From a virus, in the IMG/VR virus record IMGVR_UViG_3300042389_001027, positions 64,619-128,618 of that record: a stretch of DNA of 64,000 bases; one strand, written 5' to 3'. A model generated the notes under the pieces. It had not been told where the DNA came from and made no database searches. It saw only the letters and a list, made by a program, of their open reading frames with translations. Shown one piece after another: positions 63,652 through 64,000 of this stretch. Numbering within the stretch: position 1 is the first letter of the stretch; each line of letters opens with the position of its first letter. The translations under genes were made by a program, and so were the position numbers.

Positions 63652-64000
63652 CAGTCAACCTTCATAAATTCCAACACTTCAAATGGGAATATTTTGCCTC
63701 TTCTCATCTTAGTTGGAAATTGACGCAAATCTCGCGCCCCACGGAAATGCTTGACGTCGTAAACGTAGCCTTCTGTTGATGTCGGGTCTGGGGTTAAAGA
63801 GAGACCGAATTCTGGCCAGCGTGACCATACTGCTGAACCGAATGGGCGAAGGTCGCGTCCACCGATTGATGAACCAAGTGGCGCGTGGTGTTCTAGCCAC
63901 ATGGCGCAACCGTATACATCGCGTAAAGTGTCAAGATATTTAGCGACTTCAATTGCAACGCTTTCGCTGGTTCTTCCGCCGGGGTCAATGAAAGACTTAT
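63651..64000 (-). CDS. C-terminal part of a RepA/DnaB-like (AAA_25) helicase, truncated by the window
   Basis: Frame open to the window end; LEHHA...RPFGSAVWSRWPEFG. Confidence 0.7.
   Translation of the reverse strand, partial: KSFIDPGGRTSESVAIEVAKYLDTLRDVYGCAMWLEHHAPLGSSIGGRDLRPFGSAVWSRWPEFGLSLTPDPTSTEGYVYDVKHFRGARDLRQFPTKMRRGKIFPFEVLEFMKVD

Overview
This is a 64-kb internal segment of a large dsDNA tailed phage. The host is most likely an actinobacterium, judged from WhiB, an Rpf-type transglycosylase, an LPXTG-anchored protein, GAAC-N4-GTTC LexA boxes and AGAAAGG ribosome-binding sites. Region 1-15 kb (+) holds Gly/His-rich tail-fibre-like genes, fibre-associated enzymes (two 2OG-Fe(II) oxygenases and a flavin-dependent halogenase), PA14/FN3 and LPXTG surface proteins, and holin/M15 endolysin genes. 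Region 15-21 kb encodes a phosphoesterase, an Ntn protease, WhiB, RHH proteins and replication-like proteins. Region ~20.6-54.5 kb looks like an early/host-takeover region: about 60 mostly small genes in promoter-terminator cassettes, plus an AAA/VWA pair, a HARP-SNF2 helicase, DUF932, SSB, a DNA methylase, MazG and tRNA-Ile(TAT). Region 54.5-64 kb (-) holds tRNA-Pro, a CoA-transferase III, a ParB-like protein, RuvC, HNH, an HTH protein and a helicase end. The most striking signal is non-coding. The early region carries repeated intergenic islands with tandem arrays of host LexA boxes and DnaA boxes, a strictly polar 24-bp element (13 copies), an AGYCCCG-N17-CGGGRCT inverted site, a fixed-geometry 30-bp ECF-promoter-like motif and a CTACTAGAAAGG start-associated motif. 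It also carries small RNAs whose hairpin loops mimic the 16S anti-Shine-Dalgarno sequence, alongside many leaderless genes. All family calls come from motif recognition by eye; no database searches were run and counts are manual.
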